Source of the DNA: Octopus bimaculoides
Taxonomy: Eukaryota
Assembly: GCF_001194135.2 (NCBI RefSeq)
Contig: NC_068981.1
Span: 167,028,981-167,092,980, forward strand
DNA length: 64,000 nt
Reading direction: 5' to 3'
This document shows positions 11,695-24,524 of the stretch, piece by piece. The notes under the pieces are model-generated. The model ran no database searches and was not told the origin of the DNA. It was given only the letters and a program-made list of their open reading frames with translations. Every line of letters begins with the position of its first letter. Position 1 is the first letter of the stretch. The position numbers and the translations under genes were made by a program.

Positions 11695-13684
11695 CAATTT
11701 TTCTCTACCTCTCTTTTTACAAATCTAGCAGTGGGCTGAACGAAAATCTATTTCTACTACTATTACACAACACCTATTATTTTTCTTTTCTTTCCCCCCA
11801 GCTGCAACCAACATCACTTAGCCTATCCACTTCCCCTCCGTTTTCTTTCTCTTTCTCTGTCCAGTTGACTGATGTAGTTATGGTCACATTCCTGTTCCCT
11901 CTATCTTTACCCCTTTTTTTGAGGACCCATGACTAAAATTAAGTCTCTATTTGTTCCCTCTTTCAATAATGCCAAGAAAAGAAATTCTGTTAACATTATG
12001 GCTTGTCTCCATTATATATGTCTAATTATTGCTTCTTTCTGGAGAATTTAATAAATTTATGTGCATAATTACTGTGCACTAGGCAAACCAGTTTCAATAT
12101 ACCAGTAAAGTTTAAAAGATTAGAAGAAATATCTGAGTGTAACTATGACAATCTTTATCTACAACAAAGTAATAATCCTCTTTCTCTTGATTTAAAAACA
12201 AAATCCTTTGTTCTTTCTTTAATCTAGTGATTCTGTTAAAGGCAGTGATCGGTAATTCTTGTGTAGGCTTTCTTTTTTTAAATTCTGAGCATTGCACACT
12301 CTGGATCACTTAAATCTTTTCTGGAATTTCTGGTCTTTAAAATGAAAGCAACTCTATAAGATAATCCATTAAAAAAAATACTTTGTGAAAGATACCCTGA
12401 AAAAAAAAAAAAAAAAGAATTTTTTTTTATATTTTATATTTTGCAAATAACAATAGAAAAGTGTGAGGGCTGGATGAGAGCAAACCTTATTTTGTGAATA
12501 TGTGCTTCAATTGCTTTAGAGATGGCTTACATTTTTTAGAGCCTAAAAACAGCACATTCACTCTGGGAAAAATGAAGTTAATGAATAAATTCAACTTTTC
12601 AAAGGTAGTGGTTCGTTATATAAGTCATAATTAAAGATAGAAATATTTTTCTTTCTCTTCTTCTTCTTCCTCTAATCAGCTTAGTTGTTGAAAAACACAT
12701 AACTCCTGGACATTGTTATTCTGGACAAAAAGGAAGAAAGTCAAAACAATTCTTTTATTTGTCCAATAATCTGAATCAATAAATTTGGTATAATAATAAC
12801 TAATGAAAAGGAAGAATCATTTTCTTTCAATAAAAATGGTTTACTGTTACTTCAGATTTAAATGAAAAAAATATATTTTCCCTAACATTAATTTTGGCAT
12901 TCATCTTTTCCTCTTGCTAATGCATTTTTGTGTTAAGTTCCAGGTGTTGACTTGGCAATCTCTGTACAAGTGGATAATAGCTGATGTAATTCTCAAATTA
13001 AAAATTATGAAGCATATAATCTCATGAGAATGTAAACGATTATAACATTGACATGTATATCTCCATAAACACTTTTTAATGCATATGAATGCATGTCCTA
13101 ATGTGTAGATTTTCAATGCAGGAGTATTGCTTGTGTAGACGTGTAAATACACATCTTTAGAAACATTAAATATATAGCCCTGTGCACTCTTCCATTTGTC
13201 AGCATTGATGTACATTTGTAAACTATATTGTTTGCCAAGGTGATTCATTTTATTGAGGATGTAGTAAGATCTAGAAAAATGTCATTTGTAACAGCTAAGT
13301 TAAAATGATTTACTTTTTTTTTTTTCCCCCATTTGTTTCCTAAAAAGAATACTAGGTTGGTCTGTTGGTTTCATATTTTATCTGAATGGACCTGTTAAAA
13401 GATATTTTTGCTTCGCTATCAAAAAAGCCACTGCAAATTTGGAGAACACTACCAAGACTCTTCTTCACTATGTTGGACTTGGCTTTTAGTAATTTTGATT
13501 ACTCTTCCAAATAAAGCTTAAAAGAACTAAGTTTTGTACCTCACGTGTCAGTTTTTATCAAAATGTATCCTTGGTACAGCTACAACAGTTCTACCTACTT
13601 TTCAAGTTAAAATTTTTAGTTCTTAATTAGTTTTTTTTTAACAATTAAGCAAGCAAGCTTTTTTTTTTAATTAGATTTGTTTTG

Positions 13685-13742
13685 AATAAATTTATTTCTA
13701 GGTTTTCAAGAAATAAATGTATGTCTTATAATTTGGAATAAA
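13685..13742 (+). terminator. Candidate polyadenylation signal cluster for UBE2V
   Basis: Three AATAAA hexamers (13685, 13712, 13737) within 60 nt, in a repeat-free U-rich tract downstream of the stop. Other AATAAA at 12050 and 13914. Confidence 0.3.
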
Positions 13743-14867
13743 CATACTGATAGTATTCTATAATGACTCTTGAGTGAAGCAATCTACTGCTGTTTTCCAG
13801 CTTTCTGTTTCTGTATGATGATGTTTTATTGAACATGTCATTTGATTAATTAAAACCTGTTGTTAAGCATTTTCTGTAGTTTGCATATTTAAAATTATCT
13901 TTTAAGGCAATATAATAAAAATACAGTAAAAATTTCAGGTTTTAATGTATGCATGTATGGCACTCTGTATGGGACTTGTTTAACTGTCTTTTCTGTAGCC
14001 TTATTTTATTTTTGCTTTAGATTGTCAAGTATTCCATTTATTTGAATAGCTAAATCTAATTTTTGTTGATTTTTTTTTTTTTTTAATTTATAATCTTAGT
14101 TATCTATGATGGTTTCTAAAATCAGGTTGCTTGATATAAAGAGTTGTGATTAATTGGAAATGGTCATTTGATGAATGACATCAAAATAAACATAGGAACT
14201 TTTTCAATCTCCTTGTTTTCTGATAGTTTTTTTATTATTATACTTGTTATATATACAAGTATATACATCATTATAAAGAAATATGTTATTTGATATGTTG
14301 TTATTACTTCCTAGTCTTTTCAATGAGTTTTTTCGCAACTGTTCTCTAATTGAATCTTAGATGTTCAGTTGGCCAAATGAATCCTCAGTAAGTAGTCAAG
14401 CTGCATAGATATTATATAACTAACATAGGAATTATGTCATTGTTCAGTGTCCTGAAATCTACTAATTTTATGTCTTTGCTTATTTTGGAAAGTATACAAT
14501 TTCATTGGTTTGATGTTTCATTATACTCTACTATCAAAATTTTAATTATTACCTTAAATATAATATATACTAATCAGATGAACCTTTTTATAAATATTTT
14601 GCTGTATGTAGCAAAATCTTGATGATTGACTTATTGTGTGAGGAGTTGTGGGTGATGTCTATATTCCTCAATTGAATGTTTGTAGAGATGAGTTTGGGAA
14701 TTTTGGTGTTAGATTTTGATTGATATCAATGATCCTGTGTTAATTTATTTGGAAAATGACATCTTTACATACCTGCTATTGTAAATTGACTTCTAATATT
14801 TTAAAACTATTCCTTACCAACTTAACTCATATCATGTTTACTATTTCAATATTTTGCAAGTTATGTA

Positions 14868-16150
14868 CAGGGTGATCCAAAAGTCACTGATGGGTTTCAA
14901 TTTTTTAATAACTTCCTTAACTTTATAAATAAATGCATGAAATTTTGATACAATAAAAAGAACACATTGGAAATTAATATGCACAAGTCAAATTTTGCAA
15001 CACCATCACATATGAAAATGACATTGCTTAGATGGCAGCCGCACCATAACACCCTCGAGTTTCAGACCCCACTTCTCTGATTTCTCTATTAATGTTCTCC
15101 TTCAGTTGCACCAGGGTCTCCAGTTTGTTGACGTAAACCGTCTCTTTCAGGTGTTCCCACAAGAAAAAATCCAGTCTAGTCAAGTCTGGGGAAGATGAAG
15201 GCTAGTTGACATTGACATAGAGGGAGATTGTTCTCTCGCCAAAGCACTGCCGTAACAACTGCATTGTTTCTCTTGCGGTATGAGAAGTTGTTCTACCTTA
15301 CTGGAACCACATGTGAGGTCTATTTTGAATGGCCTTCACGTTCCCCAGACTTGACTAGCCTTGATTTTTTTTTTTTTTTTCTTGTGGAGATACCTGAAAG
15401 AGAGGGTTTACATTAACAAACCTGAGATCCTGGTGCAACTGAAGGGGAACATCATCATCATCATCATCATCATCGTTTAACGTCCGCTTTCCATGATAGC
15501 ATGGGTTGGACGGTTTGACTGAGGACTGGTGCAAACGGATGGCTACACCAGGCTCCAATCTAATTTGGCAGAGTTTCTACAGCTGGATGCCCTTCCTAAC
15601 GCCAACCACTCAGAGAGTGTAGTGGGTGCTTTTACGTGTCACCCGCACAAAAATGGCCACGCTCGAAATGGTGTCTTTTATGTGCCACCCGCACAAGAGC
15701 CAGTCCAGGGACACTGGCAACGATCTCGCTCGAAAACCCTACAAGGCCAGTCAGGCGGTACTGGCAACGGTCACGCTCAGGATGGTACATCTTATGTGCC
15801 ACCCGCACAAGAGCCAGTCCAGAGGCCCTGGCAACGATCTCACTTGGCTTGCCGGGTCTTCTCACGCACAGCACATTTCCAAAGGTCTCGGTCAGTAGTC
15901 ATCAATAGAAAAATCAGAAGTGGGGTCTGAATCTCTTGAAAGTGTTATGGTGCCAATTTTGGAAAGTGCATGGGTGTGCAAAGCCAAAAATGTCATTTTT
16001 CATATGTGATGTAGTGGCATTGCAAAATTTGACTTGTGCATATAAATTCCATTATGTTCTTGATACTGTATCAAAATTTCATGCATTTATTTGTAAAGTT
16101 AAGGAAGTTATTAAAAATTGAAACCCATCAGTGACTTTTGGAACACCCTG
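14868..16150. mobile_element. Palindromic (fold-back) Tc1/mariner-superfamily element with nested SINE
   Basis: TA|cagggtgatccaaaagtcactgatggg ... cccatcagtgacttttggaacaccctg|TA. The inverted arms include transposase C-terminal SPDLT-x-LDFF on both strands. Confidence 0.85.
15450..15900 (-). mobile_element. RTE-tailed SINE (family B) with internal tandem modules
   Basis: (cat)n-gtttaacgtccgctttccatg...ggatgcccttcctaacgccaaccac; near-identical to 33997-34275; inserted in an aacatca/atcaatag target. Confidence 0.85.
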
Positions 16151-17298
16151 TAGATAATATTAAGTCATATGCTATTTGTATCCTCTAACTAATTCTGTCT
16201 AGTTTATTTTCCAGCTTCAATAATCTGTTCTAAGAACAAGGCTAGTCCTAGTAGGGATGCTAGAATTGTCAGACCAAGCAATTTAGAATGACACCATCAT
16301 TAAAAATATACCAGTATCTAAAAACATCAGCTGTTTGATACCATTATTACTGACACTACTATGCTTCTCTGTATGAAGCAGTAAGTGATTTTGTATGCAA
16401 GTTACACGTAGTATTAGATAATTTCTTAGAGATGTAGATAATTGTGAATTGAGATTTCAAACTACTTAAGGTCATAGTAGTTTGATAGTTTTGGAGAGAT
16501 AATTTTTTTTTTTTTTTAAATTTTGAAGACCTTGTGTCTATACTGAACTAGTCATATCTTCATGTAATGGTATTGTTACAGTGGTTAATTTATGGGACTA
16601 CTGACTTCATCCTTTTTAGTGGGAAATGATTTGATGTGGACACTGTATGTCTTTCCCCTTGCTGTTGGGTTGGTTACCATGTCACACAGCCATCACTGTT
16701 TGTGGCCAGATATGACAGGTTTTTAAACAACTTATTGCGTCCTGGACAAGATGCAGACCATAATATCTCTGAACAGAATGAAAGCGTAATGCTTTTTACG
16801 TATTGGAAACCAAATTTGCTCTTTAGAATAACCATAAAATTCATATTATTTAGAATTCATACCTACCTGCTGTATTTCTCTTTTCAGCTTACTTGCTAAC
16901 CCATATCTTATGCTATGGAGGTTCCTCCCTACTATCATTTAAATAGTTTCATTCTTAGACATCTGCATTTAACCCGTAAAGACTAATTTTGGCAAACTTC
17001 AGTCTCAAATGAGTGGCCACAAGCTAGTAGTTAAATATCCTACACCAAGGAAATGTCACACCACGGTACCTGAAGCATGATCAGTGAAGGAAATCAGGTC
17101 ACTTTATTCAGAATGTCTATCTAGATAAATTCTCACCCTACCATCACACTGTGAGTACCTTCAGAAGAATGATGCCAGGATGAGAGACTTGACAACAACC
17201 TTTTGGGACAATGGACTCTGCAGGCTAGGTTGGTAACTTAAATGGACATATTGAGGATATTGTAATGATTATTCTGATGTATATGGTGGCTATAGTTA

Positions 17299-17500
17299 TC
17301 TTAATATATAAATCTGAAATTGTGTGTTTGTGTGAAGCCTTTTTGAAAGTTTATAGAAATCCACATTTTCCACTTTTTCGTAAAAATGTTTACATCAATG
17401 GAATTTTCTCGATCTGAACTTTCCAGTGCAGTAATTAGATTTTTAAAATTCCGTTTACTTTGTGTGATTTAAGGGAGATTTGGCTGTCGTTTCTAGCAAC
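17299..17500 (+). mobile_element. Probable Helitron 5' end
   Basis: A|TCttaatatataaatctgaaattgtgtgtttgtgtg: TC start after A, then a TA-rich and (TG)n segment typical of non-autonomous Helitrons. Confidence 0.45.
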
Positions 17501-18317
17501 ATTTATATTCCTTCCCTTCTCCCTGTACCGGCGTTGTTATAGGGAGTAAGAGTAAAAGAGGGAGAGAGAGAGAAAGTGATACATACAAAGTCATAGATTA
17601 ACTTGGTTACATTTTACACTCTTACTTCTTCTTCCTCTCTCTAATATAATACCTTTCCTCTACCTCTAACATATTTTTCATANNNNNNNNNNNNNNNNNN
17701 NNNNNNNNNNNNNNNNNNNNNNNNNNNNNNNNNNNNNNNNNNNNNNNNNNNNNNNNNNNNNNNNNNNNNNNNNNNNNNNNNNNNNNNNNNNNNNNNNNNN
17801 NNNNNNNNNNNNNNNNNNNNNNNNNNNNNNNNNNNNNNNNNNNNNNNNNNNNNNNNNNNNNNNNNNNNNNNNNNNNNNNNNNNNNNNNNNNNNNNNNNNN
17901 NNNNNNNNNNNNNNNNNNNNNNNNNNNNNNNNNNNNNNNNNNNNNNNNNNNNNNNNNNNNNNNNNNNNNNNNNNNNNNNNNNNNNNNNNNNNNNNNNNNN
18001 NNNNNNNNNNNNNNNNNNNNNNNNNNNNNNNNNNNNNNNNNNNNNNNNNNNNNNNNNNNNNNNNNNNNNNNNNNNNNNNNNNNNNNNNNNNNNNNNNNNN
18101 NNNNNNNNNNNNNNNNNNNNNNNNNNNNNNNNNNNNNNNNNNNNNNNNNNNNNNNNNNNNNNNNNNNNNNNNNNNNNNNNNNNNNNNNNNNNNNNNNNNN
18201 NNNNNNNNNNNNNNNNNNNNNNNNNNTATATTTCTTACCTTCTACCTGTACACACAATCATTGACAACAATATAACTCATGTTCGTCAATGTTTGGTAAA
18301 TATACCACGATTTTCAC

Positions 18318-18412
18318 TAGGGTGTTAGGGTTCGGGTTTTAGGGTTAGGGTTTAGGGTTAGGATTAGGGTTAGTGTTACGGTTAGGTTTAGGGTTTTAGG
18401 GTTAGGGTTGGG
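18318..18412 (+). repeat. Interstitial degenerate (TTAGGG)n-like array
   Basis: About 14 imperfect units, e.g. ttagggttagggtttagggttaggattagggttag. Confidence 0.85.
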
Positions 18413-18746
18413 TAATCGTGCGGGTGTTAATCTGAAAAATTACAGATATGTGAAAAGTACCGACCCTGCCATCTATTATAACTTTTGTTGTTCTATTTAA
18501 TATATACATAGATTATGTCTCCAAAGAGAGTATGCTAGGGAAAGAAAGCAACCAGTTTAAAATGACAGCAACAGACTGCAGCTATTCACCACATTCCAGA
18601 AGCTACTTTGAACATAATGCAAAATGGTGCATCAACATCTTCTGCCTAATCTGATAGAATTCTGGCAAAACTGTGTAGCAACAGATCGCCAGCAATTGCT
18701 TCATCAGAAATTGCCATCCTACCTCCTACTAAAAGGGATTACCCTG

Positions 18747-18988
18747 CTATATATATAATCAGGGCAACACAAAAAGTTGTTTTGCACAAGCATTTCTACA
18801 GCCAATTAGACGGATGAAATTTACGTACGCTTAATAATGTTACGCCTTCAGACTTTCCCTATTAATTTCATCGTCTTTTGAATTATGAACATATTTACAT
18901 CATAAGTGTTTTTTCGTTGTAAGTCTTTCTTTTTTATCGTAGATGGCGTAATAAGTCACACCCGGACAACGTCGGGTTATACTGCTAG
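18747..18988 (+). mobile_element. Non-autonomous Helitron
   Basis: 3' hairpin acccggac-aac-gtcgggt (18960-18977), then tatactg CTAG|T; 5' ctatatatataat. Confidence 0.75.
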
Positions 18989-20780
18989 TAGTACATAAAA
19001 TGAAAAGGGATCAAGGTTCATGGAGTTTTGTGATATTAAAGACCTACTATTTGCAAGACTAACTTAAAAAAAATCAACCAATCATCTGATATGCAAATAC
19101 CATAAATCGGATGAACTTTCAAATGCCTCATGAAATGAGAAAGACATGTGAATACTGTCTTTTGTTCTCCATTATCATTCCCCATAGATTTGTGATGATG
19201 GTACTTGTCCTTACTAATGTCAAAGAAGCACAGACGTGTTACCATAGAAAGTTGTTCTGTAGTCTGGTGATCACTAAGAAAACTTAACCATTTGAATCCT
19301 GTGCCTGGTCTCCTGAGCCATTTGTGATTGGTTTTGACAGGGATTAGTGGCAAGGCTGTCATGGCATATATGCTACAATTTACAAACTCAGTTGGCTTAG
19401 TCTTGACATTTATGCTCGGCCTGTGCTGATGGTATCTGCATTGTCTTTGCTGGAATTTAGTTTTGTAGTGCCATGCCCCCTTTCACATTGCTGGATTCAT
19501 TATCTGAATCATTTTTGCTGTCACTACCTTCGCTTCCTGAACAGATTTCAAGTCACTATCCGGGAAATCTGCATCATTTTCAGTGTCTAATTCACTCCAA
19601 TATTTCAAGCACTCGACAAGCAGAGTATGGCTTCTGGCTCTTGCATTTTGATCTTGACAGCCCATGCTCATTTTCACACTGGGATTCATTTCATTGTGAA
19701 ATCTCCTTATTTCTACAAGAACATGCTGCCAAAACAATTGCACAGGGTGCAGATATATCTTATTTTTGGGTATAACAGATGTTCTGATTGGTTAATCAAA
19801 ACAGGGTTAAAACCTACATAATCAAACACCTGTGGTATTCAATGATCCTGCAGAATTTTACTGGTGCTATGGCATGTGCAGGCCTACGATTATCATCGCT
19901 ATACCAGTGTTACAGGTTCTAAGGATTAAATGAAGATAACTTGTTCAGTTCTCAGAAATCATTTTTGTACAGATATGCTGTTAGCAAGGTGAATCTTCTG
20001 TAAAGAATTTTGGAATGTAGGTTGGCATCTATAAGGGCCCAGTTCTGGTTGTAAGCTGACGTAGTTTTCATTGCAAAATCATTTAAAGAACTAGGGAAGT
20101 AAAACCTAGGGTTGAGAGGTTTTAAAGGAAATCTATCAAAGACAGAAGTCTTATTCAGAAAAGACTGGAATTTATTGCCATCTGGAAAGTGGCCATGCTC
20201 AATGTGCAGTAAAAGAATTGGTAGAAATTTCATGTATAAAGTACGGGTGTAGTGGAACAACAAGCAAACTCAGAGAGAGAGTAGGAGTAAAAATAGTTAG
20301 CAATGAGGGCACCCATGAAATACTTCCAAATGCTTGGCGGGTACTTTAGCAGCTGAAAGCTTCTGTTAGGTGGTCTAATTGACAGTGGATGAGAACATTT
20401 TGAAAGCCTTGTAGTCTAACAATAGAATAGAAAAAGTTCAGCAAACTATTACCTCTTTAGCATGATGACATAGGGTGGATGGGTCATCCTGGTGAGTCCA
20501 CAGTTATTACCTGCCTGGATGAAATGGAGGACTGTGTGTAACTTGTATGTTCCATTTTTTTTTTTAATGGTTTCTATTGCTGAGTGCCCTTCTAACATCA
20601 GCCACTTAGCTATATACTGCATCTATTTGATTGTTGCATCATCATTAGAGGTTATTATGCTCCAAGGAATAACAAGGAGTCCTTGATCCTATATGATCCT
20701 TCATTTGTACACCATTTACTTAACAGATTGTACTGGGTACATTTTATTATGACACCAAGCACTAGTGAGGCTGCCTTATA

Positions 20781-21951
20781 TTGGGTTCACTGAGAAAATT
20801 TTTGTCCTCATACATTTAATCTTATGTTTTATCAAAAATTTTAAATCATTGATACATTCTCCATTGTTCATGACTTTTTGCCCATGTTCCACTAGCTTGT
20901 TAATGACAGTGTTAAAAATCACCGGGTTTTAACTCAGAGAATTTATGGAGGCACATTCTCATTCCACATCATTGTTGAACAAAATGCTTCACAGACTGTT
21001 GGAGAGCAACTGAAAGGTGATAATTAAAGGTGCTATATCAGGAGAATACAGTAGATGTAGTAGAACTTTCCCACTAAGCACTTGAATAGCATTTTTGATC
21101 AAATTAGCAACATGGGGTTTTTTGTTGCTATGTTGAAGAAGCATGCAATGTTTTGGGTCAGGTTGTTTCAGCTGGATTTCCATGTTGAGCCAGTGCATTT
21201 GCTGAACACATTGACCATGTGATTGTTTTTGAGTATTTCGTAACAGATTATCCCTTACCAATCCTACCAAACACAGATCTTGGGCTTGCTTTTCTGTCAT
21301 TTTCCCCTCTACTTCATATTGACATAGATGCACTGTTTTTCATTGCCAGTGATGTGGTAAAGAAATTTGTGTGTGTACAAGTAACCAGGTGTTGAGCAAG
21401 CAAATTGGTGATAAGAGAGCACTGAAATTTGTCTCGTTTAGAGTGTGTGGCACCCATCTACAGAGTTTTGGAACCTTACTCTTTGAGTGAAGGGTGATGT
21501 TAACATGAGAGCATCCCATATGGATCCTTGTCATGAGCTCATTCAATTAACCTTCATTGAAGTGAGCAAGTCAGCTGCAATGTAGAGTACTTGAGATCGA
21601 ACATCTCCTTGGAGCATGAAAACCATTTCTGTGCAATTCTTTCTGTAATAGTGCCTTCTCTGTACGCAACATAAATATCTCAAGTGACTTTGGCAGGTTT
21701 GGAACCTTGATTCGAAGAGAAGCAGGTGTTGAAAATGATAAATTTTCCTTTTTTTAAAAAAAATTTTTTTTTTACTTTGCATTCAGAAAAGAGGTAAAAT
21801 TTATTCAACTTTTCAAAAATGATTAATAAGTGTTGTAGAGGAAGAACTGAGTTATAAAGAAATCTATAAAACACTGATAAAAAAAAAAAAAAAATTTGTG
21901 TTTATTCAAATAACAATGTTAAGAAACCAACCATTTTATCTGATTAGTCAA
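20781..21951 (-). mobile_element. Decayed mariner (DD34D-type) transposon
   Basis: Frameshifted motifs RWVPHTL, LQHSNKKPH and LLYSPDIAP; TA|ttgggttcactgagaaaa at the left end; right TIR degenerate. Confidence 0.8.
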
Positions 21952-21997
21952 TATCTTCTAAGACTAAAGTGTACTCTTCTGCACTATGACTTTTTCA

Positions 21998-22137
21998 CAG
22001 TGGTTCCCAATCCTTTTATTTAAATGAGTTTTTCCATGGACCCCTTTTAATATTCTTATCCTTGTGTAAATATATGAAATTTTGAATTTAGTTTGCTGAC
22101 CATCAGGGGTCAGCAGACCCCAGGTTGGGAACCACTG
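21998..22137. mobile_element. hAT-Charlie-type MITE
   Basis: Perfect 13-bp TIR cagtggttcccaa / ttgggaaccactg; no recognisable TSD. Confidence 0.75.
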
Positions 22138-22559
22138 ACCGAGAGGATGGACAGCCAACTATGATGAGGGTAGAAAAGAGTGTGATAGGAAAGATAGAGT
22201 AATTAGAGTGAGAGAATGGTAGAGGAGGGGAACAATGGAAGAGAGAGTGATGCCAATAACAAGGAGAAGAGTAATGACTGACAGTAGAGAAGGGTGATGA
22301 TTCGGTGTATCAAAAACAATCTCATATTACATGCAGAAGAGTATTACCTAAATTACAGTTGATGGGTAATCAAATAATGAAGACAAAAGATTTGGAGTGA
22401 ATAGCTTATGATCTATATCAGCAAAGTTCCAAGGTCAACATGCACAATCAATAATGATGGTAAGCTTGATGGTGAAGAACTAAATTTCATGATGAGTAAG
22501 GGCTGCTCAGTAGTTTGAGAAGATGAAGCAAAGAGTTATGTTATGGTGCAAAGTATACT

Positions 22560-22990
22560 TTGCAATAGTATTTGTACACCCTGTTGTATGAATTGGAGGC
22601 TTGAATGTAACACTGCAAGCATAAAAAAAAAACAAAAACTGCACACATTCATGCTAAGGTGTTAGGGGCAGATAATGAAAATCACTTGAAAAGACAAGGT
22701 CAACAACTCCATTATTCTAAAGAAAACCAAACTCCCTAGCATGGAAGAGGTATTGGGTGAAATGAAACCTCTGCTGGTTTGGAGATATCCATCCAAAGAA
22801 TGGCTAAAATACTCTTTTTACACTGGGTTAGGAGTATGAAAGAGCAGAATAGACTTCAACTAAGATACAAGAATGTAGTTAAACACACCATGAGGAGATT
22901 GAAGATTTGATTTCTACAGCTGAACCACACTGGTTCAGAAAAGAAACTTGCGGAGGAGAGTGATCAATTTTTGGCACTCAGACTCATAAC
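22560..22990 (+). mobile_element. RTE-type LINE 3' fragment
   Basis: Degenerate LCWFG...AKILF...LRYKNVVKHTMRRL, resembling the RTE LRWxGH...LRYKD tail. Confidence 0.55.
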
Positions 22991-23199
22991 TATATATTTG
23001 TCATTATCAACATTGACAGCCTATGGTGACTGATGATTTCACTAGTTTGGAAATGACAAAATGGTTCTTGCATACAATTATGGCGGAAAGTCTTAATTTA
23101 CATACAGAACACTTTAAACTTGAATAAATATTCACTGCACCAAATGTAAGCTATGGACTCATAAGAGATGCAGTGGAATCACAGGTAGATTAACAGATG

Positions 23200-23830
23200 A
23201 GGTCACCTTTGTGCGTAGCAGATGTGCAGGAACAATAAGCACAAGAACATATGGGACTTGGACTCTCAAATGTCCAGGTGGTTGTAGAGAGTTTCTGTTA
23301 CCTAGGTGACCAAATTAGCAATGGGAGTGGATGCTCTGGAAGTATTGTTTCTAGAATATGAATAGGATGGAAAAAGTTCAGAGATCTACTACTTCTGTTG
23401 GTAACAAAAGGACTTTCTCTTAGAATGAAAGGTAGATTGTATGATGCTTATGTTCAAAGGCTATACTCCATGGTAGAGAGACATGGGCTTTGAATGCAGA
23501 GGATATGTATTGACTAGAGAGGAAGGAAGGTAGTATGCTCTGCTGGATGTGCATGAATGACAAAGCATAAATGTGTTGAGAGATAAGATGAATCAAATGC
23601 AGCATGTATGAGGGGACATGATGTGTATGAATGAAGACAACTGTATAAAGAAGTGTCAGTCACTGAAAGTGGATGGCACATGAGGAAGAGAGAGACCCAG
23701 AAAGATATGGGATGGAGTGATGAGGACTGATCTGAGGGTGTTGCGGCTCGTGGAGGAAACGACAATGGACTGAGATGTCTGGCAATATGAGTGAAGACCT
23801 GCCCACATCAGCGAATCTGAGCTCTAGAAG
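23200..23830 (+). mobile_element. RTE-type LINE C-terminal fragment
   Basis: VVESFCYLGDQISNGSGCSGSIVSRI*IGWKKFRDLLLLLVTKGLSLRMKGRLYDA..., with stops and frameshifts. Confidence 0.8.
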
Positions 23831-24524
23831 CATTGTGTTCCACCCACACATAACAATAAAATTTTCACACGCTCTACCCCAACAAACCAAACTACATCCC
23901 CGTTTCCCAAACTGTTTCTTTTCTCTTCCTCTTTATACATTATGATTATTTCTACTTCCAAATCTAGCTTTCACTACCCTGCTTGCAATATCATTGCTTC
24001 CGCCCATCCCTTCCATATATTCTGATTATTCCCCTGCACTCCTTACTCGCAACTTCTTGGCAATACCCTGCCAGCACCTATCTCTCTCTTCCCTACTCTA
24101 CTATCCCAACTGCGCCCTGATCCCCATTTCTTGTAAGTATACCCTGGCACTTGCCACCATTCCTCTCCTGCTCTTGCTATCTCCTACTCTCTCTCCCTCT
24201 GGCTGAGTAATCATGTATTTCCTCTACAGCAACAAGCCTGTTTCTGCCCTCATTCTTGTTAACTCTTGCTCTCTCTTGTTGGGTAACCATGTACCTCCTT
24301 TACAGCAAGACATCTGTTTGTCTGTCACACTTTAACCGTTCATCATAACACAAGATCACCTCCTCCACTGCCCCTTCCCCCTCTCAAAGAATCCTTGTCA
24401 TGCAGAGTTACTTGGTGACCTTGCCATTGCAGGTGCCACTTAAAAGCACAGTTCACACTGTAAAGTGGTTAGCATTTGGAAGGGCATCCGGCTGTAAAAA
24501 AACCAGGCCAAAACAGACAGAATT

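Noticed and set aside
15529-15930. Overlapping 80-133 aa ORFs with repeated PPAQEPVQ
   Set aside because: Translations of the internal tandem modules of SINE family B; the same peptides recur at 34062 and 51145.
18318-18412. True telomere or chromosome-fusion scar
   Set aside because: Short, degenerate, single orientation, and embedded in repeat-like flanks.
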